A stretch of 10,150 bases of DNA from positions 1 to 10,150 of the forward strand of contig JBDIWC010000092.1 of the NCBI GenBank assembly GCA_039794085.1, read 5' to 3'. A model generated the notes under the pieces. The model was not told the DNA's origin. It made no database searches and worked only from the letters and a program-made list of their open reading frames with translations. Below are positions 1 through 8,548 of the stretch, piece by piece (positions within the stretch are counted from its first letter, which is position 1; the number at the start of each line of letters is the position of its first letter). Source of the DNA: Gemmatimonadales bacterium (lineage in GTDB: Bacteria; Gemmatimonadota; Gemmatimonadetes; Gemmatimonadales; GWC2-71-9). A program made the position numbers and the translations under genes.

Positions 1-132
1 GGGGAGGTGGATCTCCCTCCCGGGCCCCCCCTCTCCCGCGGCCCCGGCCCCCCAGGGCACCCCGAGCCCCTTCGGAGCCCCCCCCCCGGGCCAGGGTCCC
101 CCCCCCCCCCCACCACCCCACCCCTAGCCCCC
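1..132. other. C-rich low-complexity tract
   Basis: Repeated C runs, including a long homopolymer around 98-111, with no credible ORF. It may be a low-quality contig edge. Confidence 0.6.
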
Positions 133-309
133 AACGGCTGCCGATGAGGAGCACCTCCTACTACTACACCGGAACCACCGGCCGGATTGGCGAGCATTAC
201 GTCACCCCTCACTCAGGACAAGAACGCTATCTCAGCACTTATCAGAGACAACGTTCCCACAGCAGAATTGGATTTCCGGCGCTTCGGGTCTCGCGTGGGT
301 TCCTTGATC

Positions 310-427
310 CCCGGGGCTTTCGCCCCGGGCTCGGCGGCGGGAGGCCGTTGGCACGGCCGGGTGTTCAGCTGGGCTCCCGGTGGCGTAAGCCACCTCACCT
401 GGCCGAGCAAGGGGCGTCAGCCCCGGG
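310..427. repeat. Cluster of GC-rich palindromes forming an imperfect inverted repeat (REP/REPIN-like or structured RNA)
   Basis: 310-335 matches the reverse complement of 402-427 at 22 of 26 positions. Each arm is itself a hairpin (CCCGGGGC-TTTC-GCCCCGGG; GGGGC-GTCA-GCCCC). Internal hairpins are GGCCGT-TGGC-ACGGCC (343-358) and GGTGGC-GTAA-GCCACC (379-394). Confidence 0.55.
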
Positions 428-604
428 AAATACCAATCCAGGCCGAGCACGCCGAGGGGGCGCAACCCACTGGAAAGCATGAAGATTGGCATTGTGCATC
501 GGGCCGCGATGCAGAAACAAGACCTGACCCCAACCCTTGACCTGAGCCCGGGTCGCGCAAGGCACCCGCTCCCCGCTACAATGCAGGGAGCGCCGGAGGT
601 CCCC

Positions 605-1897
605 ATGCGATACACAACCTACTCCAAGTACGTACCCGGGCTCGCCAATGCGGTGAACCTGCAGGCCCTGCTCGAGCACCTCGGTGACTTCTTTCTCGAT
701 GGCGGGTTCGCCGGAGGCCACGACCCCTGGTGGGGGGACCTCGACCCCGACCAGCCCGACCGCTCCCGCGAGAGTCTCCGCGACGCCATCCTCCGCGCCC
801 TCAAGGACTCGGGCCAGCTCACCCCCGACATGCTCACCCTCCTCCGCGACGACTCCACCGGGGACGATCAGAAGGACCGGGAGACCGAGGCGGAACTCGC
901 CCGGCTCCTCGACGAGATCATCGAACGGCTGATGGCGGAGGGATACCTGAACCAGTCTCCCACGCCACCTTCGATGCCCTCGAGCTACCAGCCGCTCGAA
1001 GGGCCGGGAGGCCAGGCGGCCTCGGCGGCACGGGACGTCCAGTTCGGGCTCACCACCAAGGGAATCGACTTCCTCGGCTACAAGACGCTGAAAGGCCTTC
1101 TCGGCAGCATCGGGCGTTCCAGCGTGGGAGCACATGACACCCAGCACCTCGCCACCGGCATCGAGGCCGAGGCGGCCTCGCGACCGTATCAGTTTGGCGA
1201 CACGATGAATCTCGACGTCCCCGCCACGCTGACCAGCGCCATCGCCCGGACCGGCCTCACCTTCCCCCTCGATCTCGACTACCAGGATCTGAGGGTGCAC
1301 CAGTCGGAGTACCGCTCCTCCGCCGCCACGGTGCTCCTGCTCGACTGCTCCCACTCGATGATCCTCTACGGCGAGGACCGCTTCACACCGGCCAAGAAGG
1401 TGGCGCTCGCCCTGACACACCTGATCCGCACCCAGTTCCCCGGCGACACCCTCCGCGTCGTGCTCTTCCACGACCGGGCCGAGGAGATCCCCCTCGGCGC
1501 CCTGCCCGGCACCGGGGTCGGACCGTGGCACACCAACACCGCCGAGGGATTGAAGCTGGCGCGACGGCTCCTGCTCGCGCAGAAGAAGGACATGCGGCAG
1601 ATCATCATGATCACCGACGGAAAACCCTCGGCGATGACGATGCCCGATGGCCGGGTCTACATCAACTCGATGGGCCTCGACCCGCACGTCATCCAGGCGA
1701 CTCTCGGCGAGGTGGCCCAGTGCCGCCGGTCGGGCATCATGATCAACACCTTCATGCTCGCCCGGGAACGAAGCCTGGTGCAGTTTGTCATGAAGGTCTC
1801 CGAGATCTGCCGGGGCAAGGCCTACTTCACCAACACGATGACGCTGGGACAGTTCATCCTGATGGATTTCATGCGACGCCGCACCCGCCGCGTCTGA
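605..1897 (+). CDS. VWA (von Willebrand factor A) domain protein with intact MIDAS motif, 430 aa
   Basis: GGAGGT RBS at 595-600 precedes ATG 605 (MRYTTYSKY), so this start is preferred over 479. MIDAS DxSxS in LLLDCSHSM, Thr in HTNTAEGL and Asp in MITDGKP. GC-rich third codon positions. Confidence 0.9.
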   Translation: MRYTTYSKYVPGLANAVNLQALLEHLGDFFLDGGFAGGHDPWWGDLDPDQPDRSRESLRDAILRALKDSGQLTPDMLTLLRDDSTGDDQKDRETEAELARLLDEIIERLMAEGYLNQSPTPPSMPSSYQPLEGPGGQAASAARDVQFGLTTKGIDFLGYKTLKGLLGSIGRSSVGAHDTQHLATGIEAEAASRPYQFGDTMNLDVPATLTSAIARTGLTFPLDLDYQDLRVHQSEYRSSAATVLLLDCSHSMILYGEDRFTPAKKVALALTHLIRTQFPGDTLRVVLFHDRAEEIPLGALPGTGVGPWHTNTAEGLKLARRLLLAQKKDMRQIIMITDGKPSAMTMPDGRVYINSMGLDPHVIQATLGEVAQCRRSGIMINTFMLARERSLVQFVMKVSEICRGKAYFTNTMTLGQFILMDFMRRRTRRV

Positions 1898-1939
1898 CCC
1901 TTGTTCTCACGTCCACCCTCACGTTCACCGGTGACCTCC

Positions 1940-3466
1940 ATGCCCACACGTCGCGCCCTCTCGATCCTCTCCTTCCTTTTCCTGCTCGGCGCCCTGCCGG
2001 GGCTCCAGGCGCAGACCACGCGCGCCCGGGCGGCCACCGACCTCACCCGGCTCATCACCGAGGACGATCTCCGGCGGGACCTCGGAGTGATCGCGCACGA
2101 CTCGATGATGGGCCGGGCCACGCCGAGCCGGGGCCTCGACCTCACGGCGCAATACGTGGCGGATCAGTTCGCCTCCTTCGGCCTCCGGCCCGGCGGCGAG
2201 GATGGCACCTGGTTCCAGCGCTATCCCCTGGAGGCGAGCCAGTTCGATGCCGCCGGCTCTTCGCTGACTTTGACCCGCGGAGGCGCGCCTGTCACCCTCA
2301 GCTTTACCCGGGACGCCCTCCGGGTGTTTGGCTCCACGCAGGGCCGGATCGAGGGTCCGGTCGTCGTGATCGGTGGAGCGATGACTCCGGAGAACCTTGC
2401 CACGGCGGAGGTCAAGGACCACGTGGTGCTGCTGGTGCAGGGGGAGACCCGCGGCGCGGCGGCCCGGATTCCCTTCCTCCTTCTCAGTCGCGGCGCCCGC
2501 GCGGTCATCACGGCCCCGGGCCGCGGTGACAGCGACTTCCGGGCGCGGGTCGCGGGCCAATCTGTGGTGCGGATCGGAGGGGGAGGCCGGCGTGGAGCCG
2601 CGGGTCCGGTGGTCGAGGTCCAGGATGCCGCGATCCGAAGCATCACCGGGGTGGACCTTGCCGCACTCCGGGGTGAGAAAGCGCTCGTGGTTCGTCCCGT
2701 GGAGGGATTGACAGCGGCGCTGACGGTGACGGAGAGCCAGAGAGAACCGGTCCTCGCCCCCAACACCATCGGGATTCTCGAGGGAAGCGACCCGGTGCTC
2801 CGGAACGAGTATCTCGTCTTCTCCGCGCACATGGACCACATCGGCATCCGCTCGGGGCAACCCGACTCGATCGCCAACGGTGCTGATGACGATGGATCGG
2901 GCACCGTGGGGGTGATCGCGCTGGCCCGCGCGATGAGCAAGATGCCGGTCCGCCCCAAGCGGTCGATCCTTTTCCTCACCGTGAGCGGCGAGGAGCGGGG
3001 TCTCCTGGGGAGCTCCTGGTACGCCGAGCACCCCACAGTTCCCCTCGACAGGATCGTGGCGGACATAAACATCGACATGATTGGCCGGAACTGGCCCGAC
3101 TCGATCGTGGCCATCGGGAAGGAACACTCCAACCTGGGCGCCACACTCGAGCGAGTCAATGCCCGGCATCCCGAACTCGGCATGACCGCGATCGACGACC
3201 GGTGGCCCCAGGAAAACTTCTACGGCCGGTCCGATCACTTCAACTTTGCGCGGAAGGGGGTCCCCATCCTCTTCTTCTTCAATGGCACCCACGCCGACTA
3301 CCATCAGGTGTCGGACTCGCCGGACAAGATCAACTATGAGAAGATGGCCCGCATCGTCCGGCTCCTCTTCCATCTTGGCGAGGAAGTGGCCAACGCTCCC
3401 GACCGGCCCGCGTGGAATCCGGAGAGCCGGCGCGGCATCGTGGAGGGGGCTGGCGCACGGCCGTAA
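1940..3466 (+). CDS. Secreted M28-family Zn metallopeptidase (aminopeptidase-like) with PA-like insert, 508 aa
   Basis: Signal peptide MPTRRALSILSFLFLLGALPGLQA. M28 motifs SAHMDH, NGADDDGSG, GEERGLLGS, NIDMIG, RSDHFNF and YHQVSD. Confidence 0.92.
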   Translation: MPTRRALSILSFLFLLGALPGLQAQTTRARAATDLTRLITEDDLRRDLGVIAHDSMMGRATPSRGLDLTAQYVADQFASFGLRPGGEDGTWFQRYPLEASQFDAAGSSLTLTRGGAPVTLSFTRDALRVFGSTQGRIEGPVVVIGGAMTPENLATAEVKDHVVLLVQGETRGAAARIPFLLLSRGARAVITAPGRGDSDFRARVAGQSVVRIGGGGRRGAAGPVVEVQDAAIRSITGVDLAALRGEKALVVRPVEGLTAALTVTESQREPVLAPNTIGILEGSDPVLRNEYLVFSAHMDHIGIRSGQPDSIANGADDDGSGTVGVIALARAMSKMPVRPKRSILFLTVSGEERGLLGSSWYAEHPTVPLDRIVADINIDMIGRNWPDSIVAIGKEHSNLGATLERVNARHPELGMTAIDDRWPQENFYGRSDHFNFARKGVPILFFFNGTHADYHQVSDSPDKINYEKMARIVRLLFHLGEEVANAPDRPAWNPESRRGIVEGAGARP

Positions 3467-3558
3467 CATCGGGTCGACACCGGATGCCCGTCAATTGATC
3501 AGAGTCTGCCCAGTGGGCCAACCGCTCGCGAGCGAGCGCTGGGACTCACACCTGGGGT

Positions 3559-3632
3559 TGTACGGGCCGTTCGCGAACGGCCCGTACAGGCATAGACCCG
3601 GGTGCAGGGGCCGTTCACGAACGGCCCGTACA
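3559..3632. repeat. Two 30-bp palindromic REP-like units (GTAG/GTAC-tag type)
   Basis: 3559-3588 TGTACGGGCCGTTCGCGAACGGCCCGTACA is a perfect palindrome. 3603-3632 TGCAGGGGCCGTTCACGAACGGCCCGTACA is a copy with 3 mismatches. They are 14 bp apart and lie between convergent genes. Confidence 0.85.
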
Positions 3633-3634
3633 AA

Positions 3635-3661
3635 TGGATTCCCGCGTGCGCGGGAATGACG
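3635..3661 (-). repeat. CGTC-tagged REP / dRS3-like palindrome
   Basis: The minus strand reads CGTCATTCCCGCGCACGCGGGAATCCA. The core at 3638-3657 fits ATTCCC-N8-GGGAAT. Confidence 0.75.
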
Positions 3662-3680
3662 GGCGGGGAGGTGCCGCCGA

Positions 3681-5141
3681 CTACCTCACCCGCTTCACCA
3701 GCGTTCCCCGGGCGAAGCTCCCGTTGACGGACACCCCATTGATGAGTGCCAACTGCTCGATGGGGATCGAGGACGAATAGGCCTGACGAAACTCCGCCAC
3801 CGTCATCTCCCGGGGGAGTTGCACCAGCGTGATCCGCATCGGCTGCCGGTTGAGCACTGCGGGGTCGGTCACCGGGGCAAAGGACCGGAAGGTGTTCCGC
3901 ACCGCGTTGGCGTTGTTCCGGAACCCCGACTGCGTCCCGTATCCCAGGATCCGGTAGACCACGTTCCGGTGCTCAAAGAAGGCCGCCTCGCCTTCCAGGG
4001 TCCCCTGTTGGGTCGCGACCCGGAAGCGGGTCTGCACCCCATCGAGTCCATTGGCGGAGATCGAACTCCGGCCCGTGGCGGTCACCCCCTGCTCCGCGGA
4101 GAATGTGCGCAGACCCTCCTCGGGAGTGTTGGCCCCGGAGACCAGTTCGAGAACCACGAGCACATCCCCGTTCGGGCCTCCTCCTGCCACCGCATCCGGT
4201 TGATTCTGGGTCCGCCACCCCTCCGGAAACGTCAACTGGAATCGGAGATCGGGGTGGTAGAAGGTCCCGTTCTCGAAGTACCCTTGGCGGGGATCCTCCC
4301 CGAACACCATCCCCTCGATGCGCCGGAGGTAGGTGGTCCGATTGAGGACAGTGCCCTCGAGACTGGTGGTGAGCGCCGCGAGCCGAGCCTCGTTCTTCCC
4401 AACCCGGTTCTCAGGGTCGGGATGGGTGGAGAGCCACTGCGGAGTCCGCCCCACACCGGCATTCTCCGACACCCCCTGCAGGGTCCGGAACACGTCACTC
4501 ATGGCCCGGACATCGTAGCCCTCCCGCAGGGCGTAGCGGAATCCGAGGGCATCCGATTGCTCCTCCGCGTCCCGTCCGTACTTGAGGAAGAGCACGCCGA
4601 GCCCCGTGCTGGCCAGGCCGCCGAGACTCTGCACTGTCGGGGAAATGATGGAGCCGACCCCCAGACCGATCTGCGCCACCTGCGCCCGGCTGATCGATTG
4701 CACCGTGTGCTTGGCGGTGACATGGCCGATCTCGTGGCCCACCACCGCGGCCAGTTCCGCCTCCGAGTTGAGATGGGTCAGAATCCCGCGGGTGACGAAG
4801 ATGAAGCCTCCCGGCAGGGCAAAGGCGTTGACCGACGCATCCTCCACCACTTGGAACGACCAGGGAAGCCCCGGACGCTCCGAAATCGCGGCGAGGCGGA
4901 GACCGATGCGCGACACGTACCCCTGTACCGCGGTGTCGGAATGGAGTCCGAGCTGCCTCACCACGTTTCCCGCCTCGGTGCGGCCGATGTCGATTTCCTG
5001 TGCCTCGCTGACCAGCGAGAGCTCCCGCTTGCCGGTGACGGGATTGACGGCGCAGCCCGCCAGCAGGAGCCCGGCCATCAGGAACGGAAGGTGGCGCCGG
5101 CCGGTCGCGGCAGCGGGGTGAATGGCATGAAATGGTGACAT
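3681..5141 (-). CDS. M48-family Zn metalloprotease lipoprotein (BepA/YfgC-like) with C-terminal accessory domains, 486 aa
   Basis: GGAG upstream of ATG 5141 (MSPFHAIHP). Lipobox LLLAGC followed by AVNPVTG. Motifs VNAFALPGG, HEIGH (HExxH), EEQSD and LSTHP. The exact start is uncertain. Confidence 0.92.
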   Translation of the reverse strand: MSPFHAIHPAAATGRRHLPFLMAGLLLAGCAVNPVTGKRELSLVSEAQEIDIGRTEAGNVVRQLGLHSDTAVQGYVSRIGLRLAAISERPGLPWSFQVVEDASVNAFALPGGFIFVTRGILTHLNSEAELAAVVGHEIGHVTAKHTVQSISRAQVAQIGLGVGSIISPTVQSLGGLASTGLGVLFLKYGRDAEEQSDALGFRYALREGYDVRAMSDVFRTLQGVSENAGVGRTPQWLSTHPDPENRVGKNEARLAALTTSLEGTVLNRTTYLRRIEGMVFGEDPRQGYFENGTFYHPDLRFQLTFPEGWRTQNQPDAVAGGGPNGDVLVVLELVSGANTPEEGLRTFSAEQGVTATGRSSISANGLDGVQTRFRVATQQGTLEGEAAFFEHRNVVYRILGYGTQSGFRNNANAVRNTFRSFAPVTDPAVLNRQPMRITLVQLPREMTVAEFRQAYSSSIPIEQLALINGVSVNGSFARGTLVKRVR

Positions 5142-5223
5142 GGGCGCGCTCCGGTCAAGGACCAAGGTTCGGTGCTTCATGGATGGTATCACGAGCGCAA
5201 CGGCGGGGGTAGTTTTCCCCCCC

Positions 5224-6525
5224 ATGATGCTCGATCCCGCTCAGACCGCCCAACCTCTCGCGACCCTTCCCCCACCCGAAGGCGCTGACCCCCGGGTCGA
5301 GTTCCTCCTCACCCTGGGCCACGCCCTCCACACCGCGGGAACCGCCTCCCACCGGCTCGAGGAGATCCTCTCGGTGGCGGCCGGACGGCTCGGCCTCGGC
5401 AGTCAGTTCTTCTCGACACCCACCGGGCTCTTCGCCTCCTTCGGGCCCCGGACCGACAGCCGCACCTACCTGCTCCGGGTTCAACCCGGCGACACCGACC
5501 TGGGGCGGCTCGCCCGGCTCGAAGCGATCGTCCGAGCGGTCCTCGGGGGCCGTACCACCCTTCCCGAGGCGATCCGGGCCATCGAGGCCGTGGAGTCGGC
5601 GCGACCGCCGTACGGTCCCGCGCTCACCACCCTCGCCTTTGGTGCCGCCTCCGGAGCGGCCGCCCTCTTTCTCGGCGGGGGATGGCCCGAGATCCTTCTC
5701 GGCACCGGCGTGGGTCTCCTGATCGGCATCCTCGCGCTCTTTTCCGGCCCCCGACCCGCGCTGGGGAGGATCTTCGAGCCGGTGGCGGCATTCATCGGCG
5801 CCTTCACCGTGTCGGCGGCAGGCACCCTGGCGGGCGGAGTGTCCGTGCCTCTCGCCACTCTCGCCGGCCTCATCGTGCTGATGCCGGGTTTCTCCCTCAC
5901 CACCGCCATGGCGGAACTCGCCACCCGGCATCTCTCTGCAGGCACCAGCCGGTTGAGCGGGGCCTTCATCGTGTTCCTGGGGATCGGCTTCGGTGTGGCC
6001 CTGGGCACGCAATTGGCCGGCACCCTCCTCGGGGCGCCGTCCGCCGTGCTTCCGGCGCCGCTTCCTGCGTCGGCGATCTGGCTGGCTGTGGCGGTCGCGG
6101 CGTGGGCCTTCACCGTCATCCTGCGCGCCGAGTGGCGGGATCTCGGGTGGATCACTCTCTCGGGAGCGATCGCCGTGGCCGGGGCCCGCTTCGGTGCTGC
6201 CACCCTCGGTCAGGGGCTCGGCATGTTCGTGGGCGCGTTGAGCGTCGGGGTGGCGGGCAACATCTACTCCCGGCTCGCGGGACGTCCGGCGGCCGTCGTG
6301 CTGGTGCCGGGAGTGCTCATGCTGGTGCCGGGAAGCGTCGGGTTCCGGAGCGTCATCGCGCTGCTGGAGCGGGAGGTGGTGGCCGGCGTCGACACCGCCT
6401 TCCAGATGATCCTGGTGGCGATGGCGCTGGTGGCCGGCCTCCTGATGGCTAACGTGGTGAGTACCGAACGCCACCTGGAGGACGGGGGACCGAGCGGGCT
6501 AAACCCCTGGCCACCTGGCGAATGA
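5224..6525 (+). CDS. Threonine/serine exporter family (ThrE-type) membrane protein, 433 aa
   Basis: Soluble N-terminal segment (LGHALHTAGTASHRLEE...DLGRL) followed by about 10 hydrophobic helices with duplicated LIVLMPG / VLMLVPG motifs. The start was placed at 5224 to avoid overlap with the divergent M48 gene. Confidence 0.88.
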   Translation: MMLDPAQTAQPLATLPPPEGADPRVEFLLTLGHALHTAGTASHRLEEILSVAAGRLGLGSQFFSTPTGLFASFGPRTDSRTYLLRVQPGDTDLGRLARLEAIVRAVLGGRTTLPEAIRAIEAVESARPPYGPALTTLAFGAASGAAALFLGGGWPEILLGTGVGLLIGILALFSGPRPALGRIFEPVAAFIGAFTVSAAGTLAGGVSVPLATLAGLIVLMPGFSLTTAMAELATRHLSAGTSRLSGAFIVFLGIGFGVALGTQLAGTLLGAPSAVLPAPLPASAIWLAVAVAAWAFTVILRAEWRDLGWITLSGAIAVAGARFGAATLGQGLGMFVGALSVGVAGNIYSRLAGRPAAVVLVPGVLMLVPGSVGFRSVIALLEREVVAGVDTAFQMILVAMALVAGLLMANVVSTERHLEDGGPSGLNPWPPGE

Positions 6526-6537
6526 CGGGGTTTGCCC
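6496..6537. terminator. Stem-loop overlapping the ThrE stop codon (possible terminator or boundary element)
   Basis: GGGC-T-AAACCCC (6496-6507) pairs with GGGGTTT-GCCC (6527-6537). It lies between convergent genes but has no clear U-tract. Confidence 0.3.
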
Positions 6538-6669
6538 ACTGTATGCGCCCCAGTTCCCTACCCCCCACTCCCTACCGTCCGATCAATACCTGAACACCTG
6601 AGACACATTGGACACCTCTCTGCAGGGGAGTCGTCCAGCAGATTCCTGCTCTCCGGCCATGAATGTATC

Positions 6670-7338
6670 TCAGCTGCCCGGAGAACCTGCCTTGTCAACC
6701 ACCTTTTCCCACTCGGGCAGGGTTCGGTGTCCGGTGAGAACCGTTCCGTTCACGACGAATGTCGGTGTTCCCCTCAAGCCCAATCCGCTAGCTGCCTCCA
6801 TGTCACGCCTGACTCGGTCCGCAGGGCCCGAAGAAAGGAGACAGGTGCGAAATGCTGCGGAATCCGGAACTGACACTTCCGACGCGAGCATCATCCACTC
6901 AGCCTCGCTGACCCTCTGGGGGGATTCAAAGAGCGCATCGTGAAAAGCCTCAAAGGTGCCCTGATCGGCTGCACACTCCGCGGCTGTAGCCGCCGCAAAT
7001 GCCATCGGGTGGACGGCTTCCAACGGCAAGTGACGGTATATGAGGGCGACGCGCTCGGGATGCAGCTCTCGCAGCTGCTTGAGGACCTCATACGAACGAC
7101 GGCAAAACGGGCACTGGAAATCGGAGAATTCTACGATTTCGACCGCGGCGCGGACAGGACCGATGCGATTCCCCTCCTCCCCGAGCTTTCTCCAGTCCTT
7201 GACGGCTTGTGCCTCGCTGATCGGATCCGCTCGTTCAGAGCCTCGCTCCCTCAGTATGACCACCGTGGTGAGCACCACTGCGCATCCAACGAGGATGAGC
7301 GTCAGCACGCGATCGATGACAGTTCTGGCAGATGCCAT
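6670..7338 (-). CDS. DsbA-family thiol-disulfide oxidoreductase, N-terminally anchored, 222 aa
   Basis: N-terminal hydrophobic helix, active site EFSDFQCPFC, YRHLPL and cis-Pro loop GTPTF. An extra Cys pair (AAECA, FRTCL) is present. GAGGAG RBS, with ATG one base after the upstream stop. Confidence 0.92.
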   Translation of the reverse strand: MASARTVIDRVLTLILVGCAVVLTTVVILRERGSERADPISEAQAVKDWRKLGEEGNRIGPVRAAVEIVEFSDFQCPFCRRSYEVLKQLRELHPERVALIYRHLPLEAVHPMAFAAATAAECAADQGTFEAFHDALFESPQRVSEAEWMMLASEVSVPDSAAFRTCLLSSGPADRVRRDMEAASGLGLRGTPTFVVNGTVLTGHRTLPEWEKVVDKAGSPGS

Positions 7339-7339
7339 C

Positions 7340-8548
7340 CTAGCGCTCTCCTCTGGAGTGCTGATATACCATCAGATGCTCCACGCCGTCGTCATCGGTG
7401 CGGACGGCATAGACCGTGCCGCCCGAGAGGGCCACGGGCCGTACGTCTCCACGGAGGACAACGTTCCTGCGAGCCCCACCTGGTTCGAGCACGCGCCACA
7501 GCGACACCGCCTCCGGGCCGGGGCTGTGATAGACCAGGCCTGTGTTGGTGCTCTGCAGGCGGTCCCTCTCGGTCATGACATGAACCCAGACAGCGCCGCC
7601 CTGATCGACAAGAAAGTCCTTATACAATGGCTTGACCGAAGGGATCATTCCGGCCTTGCGAGCTTGGTCCACCCGGCCATACACAACACTGGCAGCCGCA
7701 CCCACGTAACTGACGTACGAGTCCCAGAGGTCGTCAAAATCCTTTTCTGTCACTGGCAGGCGGGTAATGTCGAGTTGCTGCTGGCTGAGTCTGCGACCTC
7801 CGAGGTCATGTCTTGTGATCGTGGGTTGATCTGTCCGGCCGATGTACAGGTGGCCATCGCCACCTACCCGCATGATCGGACGGCCCCCGAAGGGCAGGGG
7901 GCTAATGGAGTAAGGTTGGTTTATGATGAGCCAGTCCATATCCTTCATTGTTGCAACCGTGGAGCCCACCCTCCCGTTCCCATCAACCCTCCGAAGAGCC
8001 ACAGAGCGTGACTCGATCGGTGCCTGACCTGGTGTTGTGGGTGGCATGAAGGCAACCAGGAGACCTTGATCCCCCGGCGGTGCCAGGATCGAGTAGTTCG
8101 CCAGTCCGGAACTCCCCCCAGTGGCGGACAATCTCACGGTCCGCGTAAGCCGCGGTTCAGTACCCCCGAGCGAGAACACGGTGATGCGCTGTTGACTTTG
8201 GTCAAGTGCATACAGGGTGTCCCCACGAATCGCGATGTCCCGGAGACCAGTGAATTCACCGGGCCCCTGACCACGTCGGCCCAGCTCACTGAGACGCGTG
8301 CCATCCGGTGTGAAGACCCAGATGGTCTGTTTGACATAATCCGCCACGAAGATCCGTCCTCGATCATCTGGTACGACAGCGGTGATTCCACCGAACTCCG
8401 CCTCGATGGAGACCCGCTGCTCAAGAGTGATCAGATCTTGCCCCGCAAGCGGACTACCCAAGACCATGGCAAAAGCAGTCATGTAGCCGTAGCACCGGTT
8501 GGGGACGGACACGCCGCCCCCAACGGGTGATCCTTCAGCGCGGGTCAC
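7340..8548 (-). CDS. Exported NHL-repeat / 6-bladed beta-propeller protein, up to 402 aa
   Basis: NHL-type blades DDRGRIFVAD...IWVFTPDG, LGRRGQGPGEF, GDTLYALD...RITVFS, GGDGHLYIG and VDQGGAVWV. Hydrophobic N-terminus ending PLAG-QD. GTG start overlaps the upstream stop (GTGA); alternative starts are GTG 8512 or ATG 8482. Confidence 0.85.
   Translation of the reverse strand: MTRAEGSPVGGGVSVPNRCYGYMTAFAMVLGSPLAGQDLITLEQRVSIEAEFGGITAVVPDDRGRIFVADYVKQTIWVFTPDGTRLSELGRRGQGPGEFTGLRDIAIRGDTLYALDQSQQRITVFSLGGTEPRLTRTVRLSATGGSSGLANYSILAPPGDQGLLVAFMPPTTPGQAPIESRSVALRRVDGNGRVGSTVATMKDMDWLIINQPYSISPLPFGGRPIMRVGGDGHLYIGRTDQPTITRHDLGGRRLSQQQLDITRLPVTEKDFDDLWDSYVSYVGAAASVVYGRVDQARKAGMIPSVKPLYKDFLVDQGGAVWVHVMTERDRLQSTNTGLVYHSPGPEAVSLWRVLEPGGARRNVVLRGDVRPVALSGGTVYAVRTDDDGVEHLMVYQHSRGER

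Noticed and set aside
1..132. Functional i-motif/G-quadruplex or repeat array
   Set aside because: Irregular C runs at the window edge are as likely to be a sequencing or assembly artefact. Read data would be needed.
144..615. Short ORFs 144-482, 187-540, 213-410, 232-615 and the 479 start for the VWA gene
   Set aside because: They have no convincing RBS or motifs and run through palindromic repeats. ATG 605 has a clear GGAGGT RBS.
1906..1929. 12-bp tandem duplication CTCACGT(C/T)CACC between the VWA and M28 genes
   Set aside because: Only two imperfect copies, too short to support a function.
3559..3632. CRISPR array
   Set aside because: Only two units, a 14-bp spacer, fully palindromic repeats and no cas genes. 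A REP element fits better.
1940..5141. M28 and M48 peptidases as maturation enzymes for the Cys-rich peptide
   Set aside because: They have host-like GC, are in separate transcription units and are separated from the operon by the ThrE gene. Only proximity links them.
395..6474. Long antisense or alternate-frame ORFs (395-1687, 1525-2529, 1925-3469, 2221-3183, 3819-5138, 5155-6474, 5481-6203, 5682-6452)
   Set aside because: These are shadows of well-supported genes in high-GC DNA, with Arg/Pro/Gly-rich translations and no recognisable motifs.
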